Source: a bacterium (GTDB lineage Bacteria > Hydrothermota > UBA3073 > JACQXS01). From it: 64,000 bases of DNA. The notes under the pieces were generated by a model. That model was not told the DNA's origin and did not search any database. It saw nothing but the letters and a program-made list of their open reading frames with translations. How positions within the stretch are numbered: position 1 is the stretch's first letter; each line of letters begins with the position of its first letter. The stretch is from assembly GCA_030605695.1 (NCBI GenBank), contig JAUWHX010000012.1:31483-95482 (forward strand). The letters are read 5' to 3'. Made by a program: the position numbers and the translations under genes. Below, one piece after another: positions 48,143 through 57,165 of this stretch.

Positions 48143-50257
48143 ATGTCAAGAAAAATTTATGCTTTCGTTTTTCTACTAAGTTTTGTAGAATATGCTTTTT
48201 GCCAGAATATTCTGGTTAATCCAGGATTTGAGAACGGAGAGGAAAGCTGGATAGATTTTTCCACTAATCCGGAACATACCGATTTATCAATAGATTATTC
48301 TGTTAGCCATAGTGGGAATGCCAGCGCGAAGATTTATATCAATGATACTTTGGAAGTTAGCGCTGGCTGGTTACAAGGAGTAAATATAATAGCAGGACAT
48401 CACTATCTTTTAGAAGGTTTTATCAAAACTGATAATGTGCAGGGAATGGTCTTTCCGTATCTCCATTTTAGCGATCAATCAGATTCACTTCTTTATGGAA
48501 TGTTACTTATGCCTTTAAATAGAACAACAAATTGGAAATTAACTCAGTCACGATTTATCGCTCCAGAAAACAGCGTAGGATTGGTTTTATTTCTACTCTT
48601 TGTTGGCGAGAAAGGAACGGGATGGTTTGATGACCTCAGTTTAATTGACCTCACAGATACAACCGCTCATCAATTTTCAATCAATTTCAGCGAAACTATC
48701 GGTGAAATCAAACCGTTTTTGGCAACAAACTGTGGGCCAGTGAGACCAGGAAATCCTAATGATCTTACTTCAAAATTCCAAGAGATTGGAATTGATTTTG
48801 TTAGAACTCATGATTACTATGGTCCTTGTGATATACATACTATATTTCCTGATACATCAAGAGATCCCCTTGATTCTACTGCATATTATTTTGCTTCTAC
48901 AGATTCCGTGATAGAACCAATAATCAATGCCGGATGTAATATCCTTTTCAGACTTGGGGAGAGTTGGGAATACGAGCCAATATATAATGTTCCTCCTGCG
49001 GATTTTGAAAAATGGGCACAAGTATGTGTGCAAATAATAAAACACTATAATGATGGGTGGAATAATGGTTATCATTACAATATTGAATATTGGGAGATAT
49101 GGAACGAACCTAATCTTCAGCATCATTGGGATGGCACAGTAGAACAGTACTGCCATCTGTATCATATTACGGCAAATAGAATAAAAGAATACAATCCATC
49201 GTTAAAGGTTGGTGGACCTGCAATAGCATATATCTACAATGCATCATTTATCGAAACTTTTCTTGACTCAGTTGTGACTTACAATATACCTCTGGACTTT
49301 TTTTCCTATCATTTCTATAATTTTGCCAACCCTTTTGATTATTTATATGCTGATAGCGTTATGAAGAAATATCTTGCAGATGCAGGTTTGTCATACGTAG
49401 AAAGGTTTAATACCGAATGGAATACTTATGTATATGATGAGCAGAACTCAATAGATTGGGGGCGGGATGATGCCTTAAATGCCGCATTAACTGTTTCAGC
49501 GATTTCGTATCTTCAAGATTCTGATTTATCAAAAGCGTTTCGTTATCGCACAGATGAATACCTTTTTGGATTATTCAGAGATAATGGAGATTATTCATAT
49601 TCAGGATTGGCGCTTAAGGCAATAGGTGAATTCAGAAAGACTTCTGTCCGTCTCTACACTACAGGAGGTGATAGTATGGGAACGACTATTTTAGCTGGAA
49701 AGTCGCAAACAGATGATAAAATAAATCTATTAATCTCGGATAACTCATCTATTGCAAATGGGTATGAGTTTGTCGTTAATGGATTATTACAAGACAAAAT
49801 TTATAAATATCAGACATATCGCATTGATAACACAATGGAATGGGAATTTTTACAGGAAGGAAATATTACAGATGCTCAAAACATTATAAAGTGTACAGGT
49901 CAATCGCCCTTTGTGGATATAATTTCTATTTCTCAAACCTCTGGTATTGCTGAAGATAATATTAAGTCTATTGTCAATTCTATATATTTATATCCAAATC
50001 CATTCTGCTCAAAAACAAGTTTAGAGTTTAGAGTTCAGGGTTCAGAGTTAAAAGACTTGCAACTCCAGATTTATGATTTAGCAGGTAGACTCGTCCGAAC
50101 ATTGCCAGTTACACAATCACCTAATAACACTATTACCAAAGTAACTTGGGATGCAAAGGATGACTTGGGTAAAAGTGTGTCATCGGGAATCTATTTTTAT
50201 AAATTGAAAGTGGATGATAAGTTTTCACAAACCAAAAAACTGCTACTCTTGAGGTAG
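48143..50257 (+). CDS. secreted clan GH-A-type glycoside-hydrolase-like protein with N-terminal CBM-like domain and T9SS C-terminal domain
   Basis: 704 aa. Signal peptide. NILVNPGFENGEESW (CBM4/9-like jelly roll start). YWEIWNEPN (clan A acid/base NEP motif). C-terminus LYPNPF...LQLQIYDLAGRLV...GIYFYKL...KKLLLLR. Confidence 0.6.
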   Translation: MSRKIYAFVFLLSFVEYAFCQNILVNPGFENGEESWIDFSTNPEHTDLSIDYSVSHSGNASAKIYINDTLEVSAGWLQGVNIIAGHHYLLEGFIKTDNVQGMVFPYLHFSDQSDSLLYGMLLMPLNRTTNWKLTQSRFIAPENSVGLVLFLLFVGEKGTGWFDDLSLIDLTDTTAHQFSINFSETIGEIKPFLATNCGPVRPGNPNDLTSKFQEIGIDFVRTHDYYGPCDIHTIFPDTSRDPLDSTAYYFASTDSVIEPIINAGCNILFRLGESWEYEPIYNVPPADFEKWAQVCVQIIKHYNDGWNNGYHYNIEYWEIWNEPNLQHHWDGTVEQYCHLYHITANRIKEYNPSLKVGGPAIAYIYNASFIETFLDSVVTYNIPLDFFSYHFYNFANPFDYLYADSVMKKYLADAGLSYVERFNTEWNTYVYDEQNSIDWGRDDALNAALTVSAISYLQDSDLSKAFRYRTDEYLFGLFRDNGDYSYSGLALKAIGEFRKTSVRLYTTGGDSMGTTILAGKSQTDDKINLLISDNSSIANGYEFVVNGLLQDKIYKYQTYRIDNTMEWEFLQEGNITDAQNIIKCTGQSPFVDIISISQTSGIAEDNIKSIVNSIYLYPNPFCSKTSLEFRVQGSELKDLQLQIYDLAGRLVRTLPVTQSPNNTITKVTWDAKDDLGKSVSSGIYFYKLKVDDKFSQTKKLLLLR

Positions 50258-50274
50258 CGAAAGGAGATGGTAGT

Positions 50275-51009
50275 ATGAAAGGGCTTTTGGAAATAGGTGT
50301 TGTTCTACTTCTGCCGATTATTCTTTTGGCAGAGACAGGCAACGAAATCTTGAAGAAGGTAGAGGATGCTATGAATGCTCCGAATGATAGAATGGCAAGT
50401 ATGAAGCTCACGCTGATAGATAAGGATGGGGACTCCAAGGTTCGTGAGATAAAAATGTGGCAATTAGGAAAAGAGAAACGACTTATAAAATTCCTTTCTC
50501 CTGCTGATGTAAAAGGAGTTGGATTCTTAGTGCTCTCAGATAACGAGATGTACCTCTATATGCCTGCATTCAAAAAGATAAGACGTATTGCTTCTCATGT
50601 GAAGAATCAAAGTTTTATGGGCACGGATTTTTCTTACAACGATATCGGCAAGAGTCAATATACTAAAGACTTTACCGCTGAGACTAAAGAGGGAACAGAG
50701 AAAGAGTATGTATTGGAACTTACACCCAGGCCAAAATCAGATATTGATTATGCTAAACTTGTTATGCGGGTGGATAAAGCACATTATATTCCGAGCAAGG
50801 TGGAATACTACAACGAGAAAGGGAAAGTTCTCAAGGTTATGGAAAATGAAGATACAGAAAAAATAGATGGCTACTGGACTCCCAAGAAAGTGACAATGAA
50901 GAATCTAAAAACAGAGCATAAGACTGTTATGGAACTTACAGTTGTTAAGCACGACTCTGGGCTTAAAAAAGATATGTTCACTAAACGAATGCTCAAAAGA
51001 GCGGAATAA
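50275..51009 (+). CDS. LolA-like outer-membrane lipoprotein-sorting protein
   Basis: 244 aa. Signal peptide. KLTLIDKDGDSKVREIKMWQ, LIKFLSPADVKGVGFLVL, MYLYMPAFKKIRRI, SFMGTDFSYNDI. This is the pattern I associate with the LolA_like (PF17131-type) family found next to MMPL/HAE3 exporters. Confidence 0.7.
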   Translation: MKGLLEIGVVLLLPIILLAETGNEILKKVEDAMNAPNDRMASMKLTLIDKDGDSKVREIKMWQLGKEKRLIKFLSPADVKGVGFLVLSDNEMYLYMPAFKKIRRIASHVKNQSFMGTDFSYNDIGKSQYTKDFTAETKEGTEKEYVLELTPRPKSDIDYAKLVMRVDKAHYIPSKVEYYNEKGKVLKVMENEDTEKIDGYWTPKKVTMKNLKTEHKTVMELTVVKHDSGLKKDMFTKRMLKRAE

Positions 51010-51085
51010 GACTTAAGAGTTGAGGGTCGAGAGTTTTGGAACAGTATAATCCATACTTCTCTGCTCTTTTAAATAGAGGTGTATA

Positions 51086-52435
51086 ATGACAAAGATTTCT
51101 TTCTGTGTCATCCCTACATTATTAGGGGTGAGTATTGTAAGTAGTCCCAATCTCTGTATGGGTGAAGTGGATATTTCTGGTAATCTCAAACTGGACAAGC
51201 GTTTTCTCATCACAGATAGTGTGAGAATTGCAGATTATCCATATCACGAACTTAATCTAAGACTGCAATCAAAGCCTTCCAAGAATCTATCTCTCTATAC
51301 CAGTATGAAATTTAGGCTATGGGACCAAAATCTTGCAAGTAGTTCAGCGGAGTTGACTGAATTTTCAACTAACAATCCTTATGAACTGTTTCTATGGGAA
51401 GCTTATGCTGACCTTTACAGTTTTATCTTTGATGAATTAGACCTGCGGATTGGCAAACAGCGTATAGCTTGGGGAACAGCAGATAAACTCAACCCGACGG
51501 ATAATCTAAATCCTGATGATTTCTCCGACCCTCTGAATTTCGGGGAAAAGGTGCCTACCGAAGCTGTAAATGCTACCTATAACTTAACCGATGAATATAA
51601 TTTAAGTGCTGTGTGCCTCCCATCGCTCAAGCCTATTTTGTTGCCCAGAGGCGAGTTTCCTTTATTGGGTGATGCAAATGCTCTTCCGTTACCTCCGGGG
51701 ACAAATCTTGTAGAGTCAATGGAGCATCTTACCTTTCCTGACAGGAAGCCTGAAAACTCTATGTATGCCATAAAATTATCTGGAAAGGTCGAGGAGTACG
51801 ACTTTTCACTATCCTATTTTTGGGGTTATGATGATGTGCCTATTGCAAATAAGCTTGTCGTAACTCCTGTTGATACTTTGGGAAATGTGAAACTTGACAC
51901 CTATTTAGGATTTCCAGAAATCCGTGCTGCTGGCTTTGACTGTGCTGGAGAACTTTTTTCCATAGGTCTCTGGGGAGAAGCAGCGGTATTCTTGCCTGAA
52001 GAAGTAAAGATGAGAATAGAAATGCCAACAGGAGTTCAGGATACAACCATTCTATCTGATGAGTCTTATGTGAAGTTCACTGTTGGTGGAGATTATACTT
52101 CTGAGACCGGAATCTATATCAATGCTCAATGGATGCATGGCTTCTTTACTGAGCGGGGAAAAGATAATCTTGAGGACTACATTATGGCAGGTATTGAGCA
52201 GAAATTCAAGAACGATGAGATTAAGGTCGGTGTAGCTGGTGGTTTAGAGATAAAAGATGTTGAGGATTTAGAAGAAAACTACGGCACTGTGATTATCCCT
52301 GAAGTATCTTATGCTCCAACCGATAATGTAAAGCTCCTGTTTGGAGCATTCTTTTTGGATGGAAAGTTAGGGACCCTCTTTGGCGGATGGAAGGAGCAGA
52401 ACCAACTTTACTTCAAGACAGAAGTAAGCTTCTAA
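51086..52435 (+). CDS. outer-membrane beta-barrel protein (DUF1302-like)
   Basis: 449 aa. Signal peptide. LDLRIGKQRIAWGTADKLNPTDNLNPDD. Alternating beta-strand pattern. C-terminal ...YFKTEVSF (terminal Phe). Confidence 0.55.
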   Translation: MTKISFCVIPTLLGVSIVSSPNLCMGEVDISGNLKLDKRFLITDSVRIADYPYHELNLRLQSKPSKNLSLYTSMKFRLWDQNLASSSAELTEFSTNNPYELFLWEAYADLYSFIFDELDLRIGKQRIAWGTADKLNPTDNLNPDDFSDPLNFGEKVPTEAVNATYNLTDEYNLSAVCLPSLKPILLPRGEFPLLGDANALPLPPGTNLVESMEHLTFPDRKPENSMYAIKLSGKVEEYDFSLSYFWGYDDVPIANKLVVTPVDTLGNVKLDTYLGFPEIRAAGFDCAGELFSIGLWGEAAVFLPEEVKMRIEMPTGVQDTTILSDESYVKFTVGGDYTSETGIYINAQWMHGFFTERGKDNLEDYIMAGIEQKFKNDEIKVGVAGGLEIKDVEDLEENYGTVIIPEVSYAPTDNVKLLFGAFFLDGKLGTLFGGWKEQNQLYFKTEVSF

Positions 52436-52458
52436 AGTAACGAATTGAAGTTAGGATA

Positions 52459-53577
52459 ATGTGGAAGAAACAGGTTATTTTTTCAATTCTATGCTTAACA
52501 TTTTTCTCAAGGGGGTTTGCTGGCACTGAAAAAGCTCCTCTTCTTGAGGGTGCCTATTGGGGGCTGGAAACAGGAGCCAGACCTTTCGCAATGGGAGGGG
52601 CATTTGTTGCTGTCGGTGGCGACGCTAGTTGTATTTACTGGAATCCAGCTGGATTGGGATTACTTCCTCAATCAACAGCAATGTTCGGCTTCAGCGATAT
52701 GAAGGATATAGAGGTTGAGAATATGGAGGTCGTAAATCTCTTTAGAACAGCGACAGGACTGAGTGGTAAGAGATTGTCATTTGTTGCATTTTCAGAAAAT
52801 CAGGGAGCTTTAAGCTGGTGTCCACTATCAAGTGTATGTAGAAACAATATGTATTTTCAGAACATCAATGCGGATGGAGATACGATTGAGAGATGGACAG
52901 ACCTAGAATACAGCATAAACGAATTTGTTCTATCAATGACCACGCTTATGGGAGCCACCGACCAAGAAATCCAGGGAATGCCTTGTATTCTGGGGATGAA
53001 TGTCAAATACCTGAATGGCAGGATAGGAGTTGCAGAAAAAAGTAGAAAAAATGGAGTGTGGGAAGAACCAAATATAAATCTGGATACTGGTAATGGGTAT
53101 AGCATAGACCTTGGTTTCTTATATCCGAAAAAGTGGATTGCTCTTGGTGCCTCAGCACAGAATGTTCTGGCAAAACTATACTGGCACGATTATAGTGCAG
53201 ACCGAATAAATGCGAATTTGCGAGGCGGTATAGCTATAAAACTTTTTAATAGTCTCCTTTTAGCTTCAGATGTTGAAAAAAGGTGGGATGAGAAAGCCCC
53301 TTACATTTATCATATTGGAGTAGAGAAAACATTCATACGAGGGAAAAAGCAAAGAAGCAATTTTGGCACCAAAGATAAGCAATCATTGAAATACGGAGAC
53401 CTCTCAATCCGACTCGGTACTTATGGTACAGATTTATTGGAGGAAGAGAAAATCTACACAGGGGGAATTGGTTACAGTTATTCTAATTATAGGGTAGATA
53501 CATCTGTGTCAGGAAAATATGAAGGGAAGGATTCCAAGCTCTCATTCCGGCTGACAATCTCAGTGCCATTTGAATAA
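52459..53577 (+). CDS. outer-membrane beta-barrel protein (PorV/FadL/TraF-like N-terminal motif)
   Basis: 372 aa. Signal peptide. GARPFAMGGAFVAVGGDASCIYWNPAGLG. Beta-rich. Confidence 0.5.
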   Translation: MWKKQVIFSILCLTFFSRGFAGTEKAPLLEGAYWGLETGARPFAMGGAFVAVGGDASCIYWNPAGLGLLPQSTAMFGFSDMKDIEVENMEVVNLFRTATGLSGKRLSFVAFSENQGALSWCPLSSVCRNNMYFQNINADGDTIERWTDLEYSINEFVLSMTTLMGATDQEIQGMPCILGMNVKYLNGRIGVAEKSRKNGVWEEPNINLDTGNGYSIDLGFLYPKKWIALGASAQNVLAKLYWHDYSADRINANLRGGIAIKLFNSLLLASDVEKRWDEKAPYIYHIGVEKTFIRGKKQRSNFGTKDKQSLKYGDLSIRLGTYGTDLLEEEKIYTGGIGYSYSNYRVDTSVSGKYEGKDSKLSFRLTISVPFE

Positions 53578-53653
53578 TATGTAGTATCTTTAAATGATGG
53601 TTACAATATTTGAGTAAATGAGCAGGGAAAAATATAAGAAAATAGGAGGAGAG

Positions 53654-54058
53654 ATGAAAAAGTTTTACATAATTTTGGTCGGGCTTTTGGTATTTGCTGG
53701 CTGCAAGGATGTGCAAGAGGAAATTGAGCAGTGCACCGTGTCTGGAAAGGTTACAAATGGAGGACAGGCTTTAGCCAATACTTATGTCCTGCTCTTGAAA
53801 TCAAAGGAGGGCGATATTAACTTAAGCAACGGCTGGAAGGCAGGAGACGATGGGACTTATAAGATAATAAGAGTTGACCCTTCTGTCTATTATGTAACAG
53901 TAATAGCAGATACTAACGGTAATATTGCCTATGAACCTGATAAGGATTTGATAGGATGGTATGACCCAGATGATGATCTTGAGCCTGATTCAATTGTAGT
54001 AAACGAGGGAGACGACCTCACAGGCATAGACATTGACACACTATATATTGCACCATAG
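53654..54058 (+). CDS. small lipoprotein with carboxypeptidase-regulatory-like fold (tentative)
   Basis: Start at MKKFYIILVGLLVFAGCKD (lipobox FAGC), with AGGAGG upstream. CTVSGKVTNGGQALANTYVLL. Confidence 0.5.
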   Translation: MKKFYIILVGLLVFAGCKDVQEEIEQCTVSGKVTNGGQALANTYVLLLKSKEGDINLSNGWKAGDDGTYKIIRVDPSVYYVTVIADTNGNIAYEPDKDLIGWYDPDDDLEPDSIVVNEGDDLTGIDIDTLYIAP

Positions 54059-54078
54059 ATATTGAAAAAAGGAGGTGC

Positions 54079-54180
54079 ATGGGTATATTTGAGAAAATAG
54101 TTTCAGCGATAGTAATCGCTTTTGAATGGCTCGGCAGAAAGATACAAGAAATCATTGACATTATGCTGTTCAGGAGATAA
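54079..54180 (+). CDS. 33-codon small ORF with strong Shine-Dalgarno (possible small membrane protein or leader)
   Basis: AAAGGAGGTGC then ATG at 54079. MGIFEKIVSAIVIAFEWLGRKIQEIIDIMLFRR*. Below the track size cutoff. Confidence 0.3.
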   Translation: MGIFEKIVSAIVIAFEWLGRKIQEIIDIMLFRR

Positions 54181-54793
54181 GAAGTTTGTGAAGCACCAAA
54201 ATAGCAAATCAGCTTTTTATTATACAGTTTGTCTGGCCACTCGGATAATCCTTACAATATTTTACTCATTAAAGGTAAGAGGGGCAGAGAATATTTTAGG
54301 CAAAGGGGCTTACATTATTGCAGCAAATCATATCAATTGGCTTGACGGTTTTGTGTTAGTTGCTTTATTTAAGGAGAAAATTACCTTTTTGTCTGCATCC
54401 TATCTGTTTGAAAGACCAATAGTTAGAAGAGCATTCCTATCCAGACTGGGGTGTATTCCAGTTGGTCAGGCACAAACGAGAAAAGCGATTAAAGAAGCCT
54501 TGAATATATTAGAAAAGGGAGGAATAATAGGAATTTTCCCCGAGGGTGGTGTAAGGTTAACAAAAGAGATGCAGGAAATCAAGCGAGGAGCTTTCTTTCT
54601 TGCCCATACAGCAAATGTTCCCATTGTTCCAGTGGGTATTCAAGGAACTAATCATATCTTCTCATTATCTCGTAAAATTCCTCGTCCCGGTGGGATAACT
54701 GTTAATATTGGAAAGCCAATTTATTGTAAAGAAACCGACAGGGAGACTAATGAGATTATTGTTGCTAAAATTACTGAACTTGTGAAGAATTAA
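54122..54793 (+). CDS. PlsC-type (LPLAT) acyltransferase, copy 1
   Basis: IIAANHINWLDGF (HX4D), GIFPEGG, PIVPVGIQG. The track start is TTG 54122. GTG 54188, preceded by AGGAG, is a more likely start. Confidence 0.75.
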   Translation: MNGSAERYKKSLTLCCSGDKKFVKHQNSKSAFYYTVCLATRIILTIFYSLKVRGAENILGKGAYIIAANHINWLDGFVLVALFKEKITFLSASYLFERPIVRRAFLSRLGCIPVGQAQTRKAIKEALNILEKGGIIGIFPEGGVRLTKEMQEIKRGAFFLAHTANVPIVPVGIQGTNHIFSLSRKIPRPGGITVNIGKPIYCKETDRETNEIIVAKITELVKN

Positions 54794-54827
54794 CAAAAGA
54801 CATCTGGGAGAAGGAGTATTTGCAAAG
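54786..54827 (+). pseudogene. relic of a radical-SAM gene 3' end
   Basis: AGAATTAACAAAAGACATCTGGGAGAAGGAGTATTTGCAAAG matches 44832-44873, the last codons of the radical-SAM gene, with 2 substitutions in 42 nt. Confidence 0.7.
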
Positions 54828-54840
54828 TGGAAGATAAGAA

Positions 54841-55497
54841 ATGAGAGCTTCAAAGAAATTATTCGTTCTATTTCTCTTTAGCGTAGCAATGGCATTTGTG
54901 GAAGCAGCGGTGGTAGTCTATCTCAGAGAACTTTACTATCCTGAAGGCTTTTCACTTCAGCTTAAAGCGATACCCCGAGATATTTTTGCCGTAGAACTGG
55001 GTAGAGAGTTTTCAACCATAGTAATGTTAATTGCCATAGGAGTGATAGCCGGAAGAAATTTCATAGAACGGTTTTCTTATTTCCTCTTTTGCTTTGGTGT
55101 ATGGGACATCTTTTATTACATTTTTCTGAAGCAAACATTGAATTGGCCAGAATCATTACTGGCATGGGATATTCTATTTCTTATACCCGTTCCCTGGATC
55201 GCTCCTGTTTTGGCACCCGTGCTTGTTGCTACTACAATGGTGATAATTGCAGTAATATCAGTCCTGAAAATAGAAAAGGGTTATGTGTTAAGATTCTTGA
55301 AATCAGACTGGATATTGGGTTTTACCGCAACTCTGATTATTTTTGTGTCATTTATCCTATACCTTCCGAGAAGCCAGAAGTTATTTTATCCATATCATTG
55401 GGAACTCTTTATACTGGGTAAAGCCGTGGGTCTTTTCGCTTTCTATCGAGTTTTGAAACGAGCAAGCAGTGAACGACCAGTAATTGCTTTAAAATGA
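54841..55497 (+). CDS. integral membrane protein, about 6 TM, unknown family
   Basis: 218 aa. FVLFLFSVAMAFVEAAVVVYLRELYYPEGF, WDIFYYIFLKQTLNWPESLLAWDILFLIPVPWIAPVLAPVLVA. Confidence 0.6.
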   Translation: MRASKKLFVLFLFSVAMAFVEAAVVVYLRELYYPEGFSLQLKAIPRDIFAVELGREFSTIVMLIAIGVIAGRNFIERFSYFLFCFGVWDIFYYIFLKQTLNWPESLLAWDILFLIPVPWIAPVLAPVLVATTMVIIAVISVLKIEKGYVLRFLKSDWILGFTATLIIFVSFILYLPRSQKLFYPYHWELFILGKAVGLFAFYRVLKRASSERPVIALK

Positions 55498-56408
55498 AAC
55501 AGAGAGTTCAAATGCTTAATGGAGTCAAGTATTATTCTATAAGAGTAGCTATTATTTTAAGAAAATTCGTTGGGCGCTCTGTATTCCAAAAGGGAGCAAG
55601 AATAGTTGCATGGCTTTCCTATATTCTTCTTAGACAAAGGAGAAAAATCTTAACAGAAAATCTAAGGCATATAGCACAAGGTGAGTCTCGTCTCGTGAGG
55701 GAGACTTTTATTAACTTTGGATTAGCTTTTGCTGATTTTCTTGCAATACCTTCTATGAATAGCAAGGAGATATGTAGGATGGTAAAAGTTCATGGACTCC
55801 CAAATCTTGATAGAGCACTGTCAGCTGGAAAGGGTGTGATTTTTGTGGGTGCACATCTCGGCAATCCGAACCTTGAAGCGTGCTATATCGCCGGCTTGGG
55901 ATACAAGGTCGTTGGCGTTGCAGAATCTCTTGGTCCTGAGGAAAGATTTTTTAATCTGTACTCAAAACTTAGAGGTAAAACTGGTATGGAAATAGTACGA
56001 TTAGAAGATAAGAGAGTCGGGATGAAAGCAGTAGAAGCATTGAGAAGAAATAAAGTTCTTGTGTTGCTTGGAGATAGAGATATTACAGAAAATGGAGTAA
56101 GGGTCAATTTTTTAGGACAGGAATCCTTACTTCCGAAAGGTCCTGCTCTTCTTTCACTTAAAACAGGTGCTCCTATTGTCACAACATTCTTTGTTCGGGA
56201 TAATGGAAAATACACAGCTATAATAGAATCCCCTATAGAATTTAAAAGGAACAATGGACTTGAGAAAGATATTCAGGACTTAACTCAGCTAATAGCCAAT
56301 AGATTGGAGAGAAATATTCTTACCTATCCCACCCAATGGTATGTGTTTCAGATGGATTGGAAGGAGCAAACAAATGATTATGAAAATCTATTTGAGAAAA
56401 CTTCTTGA
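55494..56408 (+). CDS. LpxL/HtrB-family (lauroyl/myristoyl-type) lipid acyltransferase
   Basis: 304 aa. GKGVIFVGAHLGNPNLEA, VLVLLGDRD, LLPKGPALLSLKTGAPIV. 4-nt overlap with the upstream gene. Confidence 0.7.
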   Translation: MKQRVQMLNGVKYYSIRVAIILRKFVGRSVFQKGARIVAWLSYILLRQRRKILTENLRHIAQGESRLVRETFINFGLAFADFLAIPSMNSKEICRMVKVHGLPNLDRALSAGKGVIFVGAHLGNPNLEACYIAGLGYKVVGVAESLGPEERFFNLYSKLRGKTGMEIVRLEDKRVGMKAVEALRRNKVLVLLGDRDITENGVRVNFLGQESLLPKGPALLSLKTGAPIVTTFFVRDNGKYTAIIESPIEFKRNNGLEKDIQDLTQLIANRLERNILTYPTQWYVFQMDWKEQTNDYENLFEKTS

Positions 56409-56418
56409 CATAGAAGTT

Positions 56419-56496
56419 GTTGGTATTTTCTCTTTCTATCGGGTTTTAAAACGAGCAAGTAATAAATACCATTTAGAGAGAGGAGAATCCATATAA
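56419..56496 (+). pseudogene. relic of the 3' end of a paralogue of the 54841-55497 membrane-protein gene
   Basis: 56419-56466 aligns to 55426-55473 with about 8 substitutions. Conceptual translation VGIFSFYRVLKRASNK versus VGLFAFYRVLKRASSE. Confidence 0.65.
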
Positions 56497-56523
56497 AATC
56501 AAATATCTTTACCTGAGGCGAAA

Positions 56524-57165
56524 ATGCTTTACTCAATCATACATTCAATCCTAAGAGTTATCTTGTCAGTCTATATTAGATTAGGAACTGTTGGGCTTGA
56601 GAATATTCCAAAACAGGGTGGGGTAATACTGGCACCGAACCATCCCAGTGACTTGGATTCATTTGTCCTTGGGGCTGCAATTAAAAGGCAGCTCCATACA
56701 ATGGGCAAAGAGGAACTGTTCAGAAAGCGATTTGCAGAATTTATTTTTAGAAAATTGAACGCCTTTCCTGTAAAAAGGGGAGAAACAGACAGAGAAGCTA
56801 TACGAACTGCTGTTGATATTCTTGAAAGTGGACATGTAATTGATATATATCCCGAAGGAACAGTAAGTAGAGATGGGGCTTTACAAGAACCAAAACTTGG
56901 AATAGCTTTCATTGCCTTACGGTCAAAAGTACCTGTTGTTCCTGTAGCAATAATCGGTATTTTTAACGTTATGTCAAAGGGACAAAAATTTCCTCGTCCT
57001 CATAAGGTAGTCATCAAATTTGGTAAGCCTCTCTATTTTGACGAATACTATGATAAATCTTACAACAAAGAAATATTGAAAATTGTAACCGCACAAATAA
57101 TGAGCAAGATAAAAATACTATTGAACTCGGACGCCTTGGAGAAAACACACTATGTCAGTATTTGA
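56524..57165 (+). CDS. PlsC-type (LPLAT) acyltransferase, copy 2
   Basis: ILAPNHPSDLDSF (HX4D), IYPEGTVSRDG, VPVVPVAIIG. Confidence 0.8.
   Translation: MLYSIIHSILRVILSVYIRLGTVGLENIPKQGGVILAPNHPSDLDSFVLGAAIKRQLHTMGKEELFRKRFAEFIFRKLNAFPVKRGETDREAIRTAVDILESGHVIDIYPEGTVSRDGALQEPKLGIAFIALRSKVPVVPVAIIGIFNVMSKGQKFPRPHKVVIKFGKPLYFDEYYDKSYNKEILKIVTAQIMSKIKILLNSDALEKTHYVSI

Noticed and set aside
50015-50055. Repeat-like DNA (AGTTTAGAGTTTAGAGTTCAGGGTTCAGAGTTAAAAG) in the GH-like protein's T9SS domain as an in-frame repeat insertion
   Set aside because: The encoded SLEFRVQGSELKD occupies the normal length of the first beta-hairpin of T9SS C-terminal domains. There is no evidence of an insertion, only a resemblance to the spacer words.
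55089-55421. 110-aa alternative-frame ORF inside the 6-TM membrane protein gene
   Set aside because: It lies in an overlapping frame of a gene with a coherent TM profile, with no RBS and an implausible composition.
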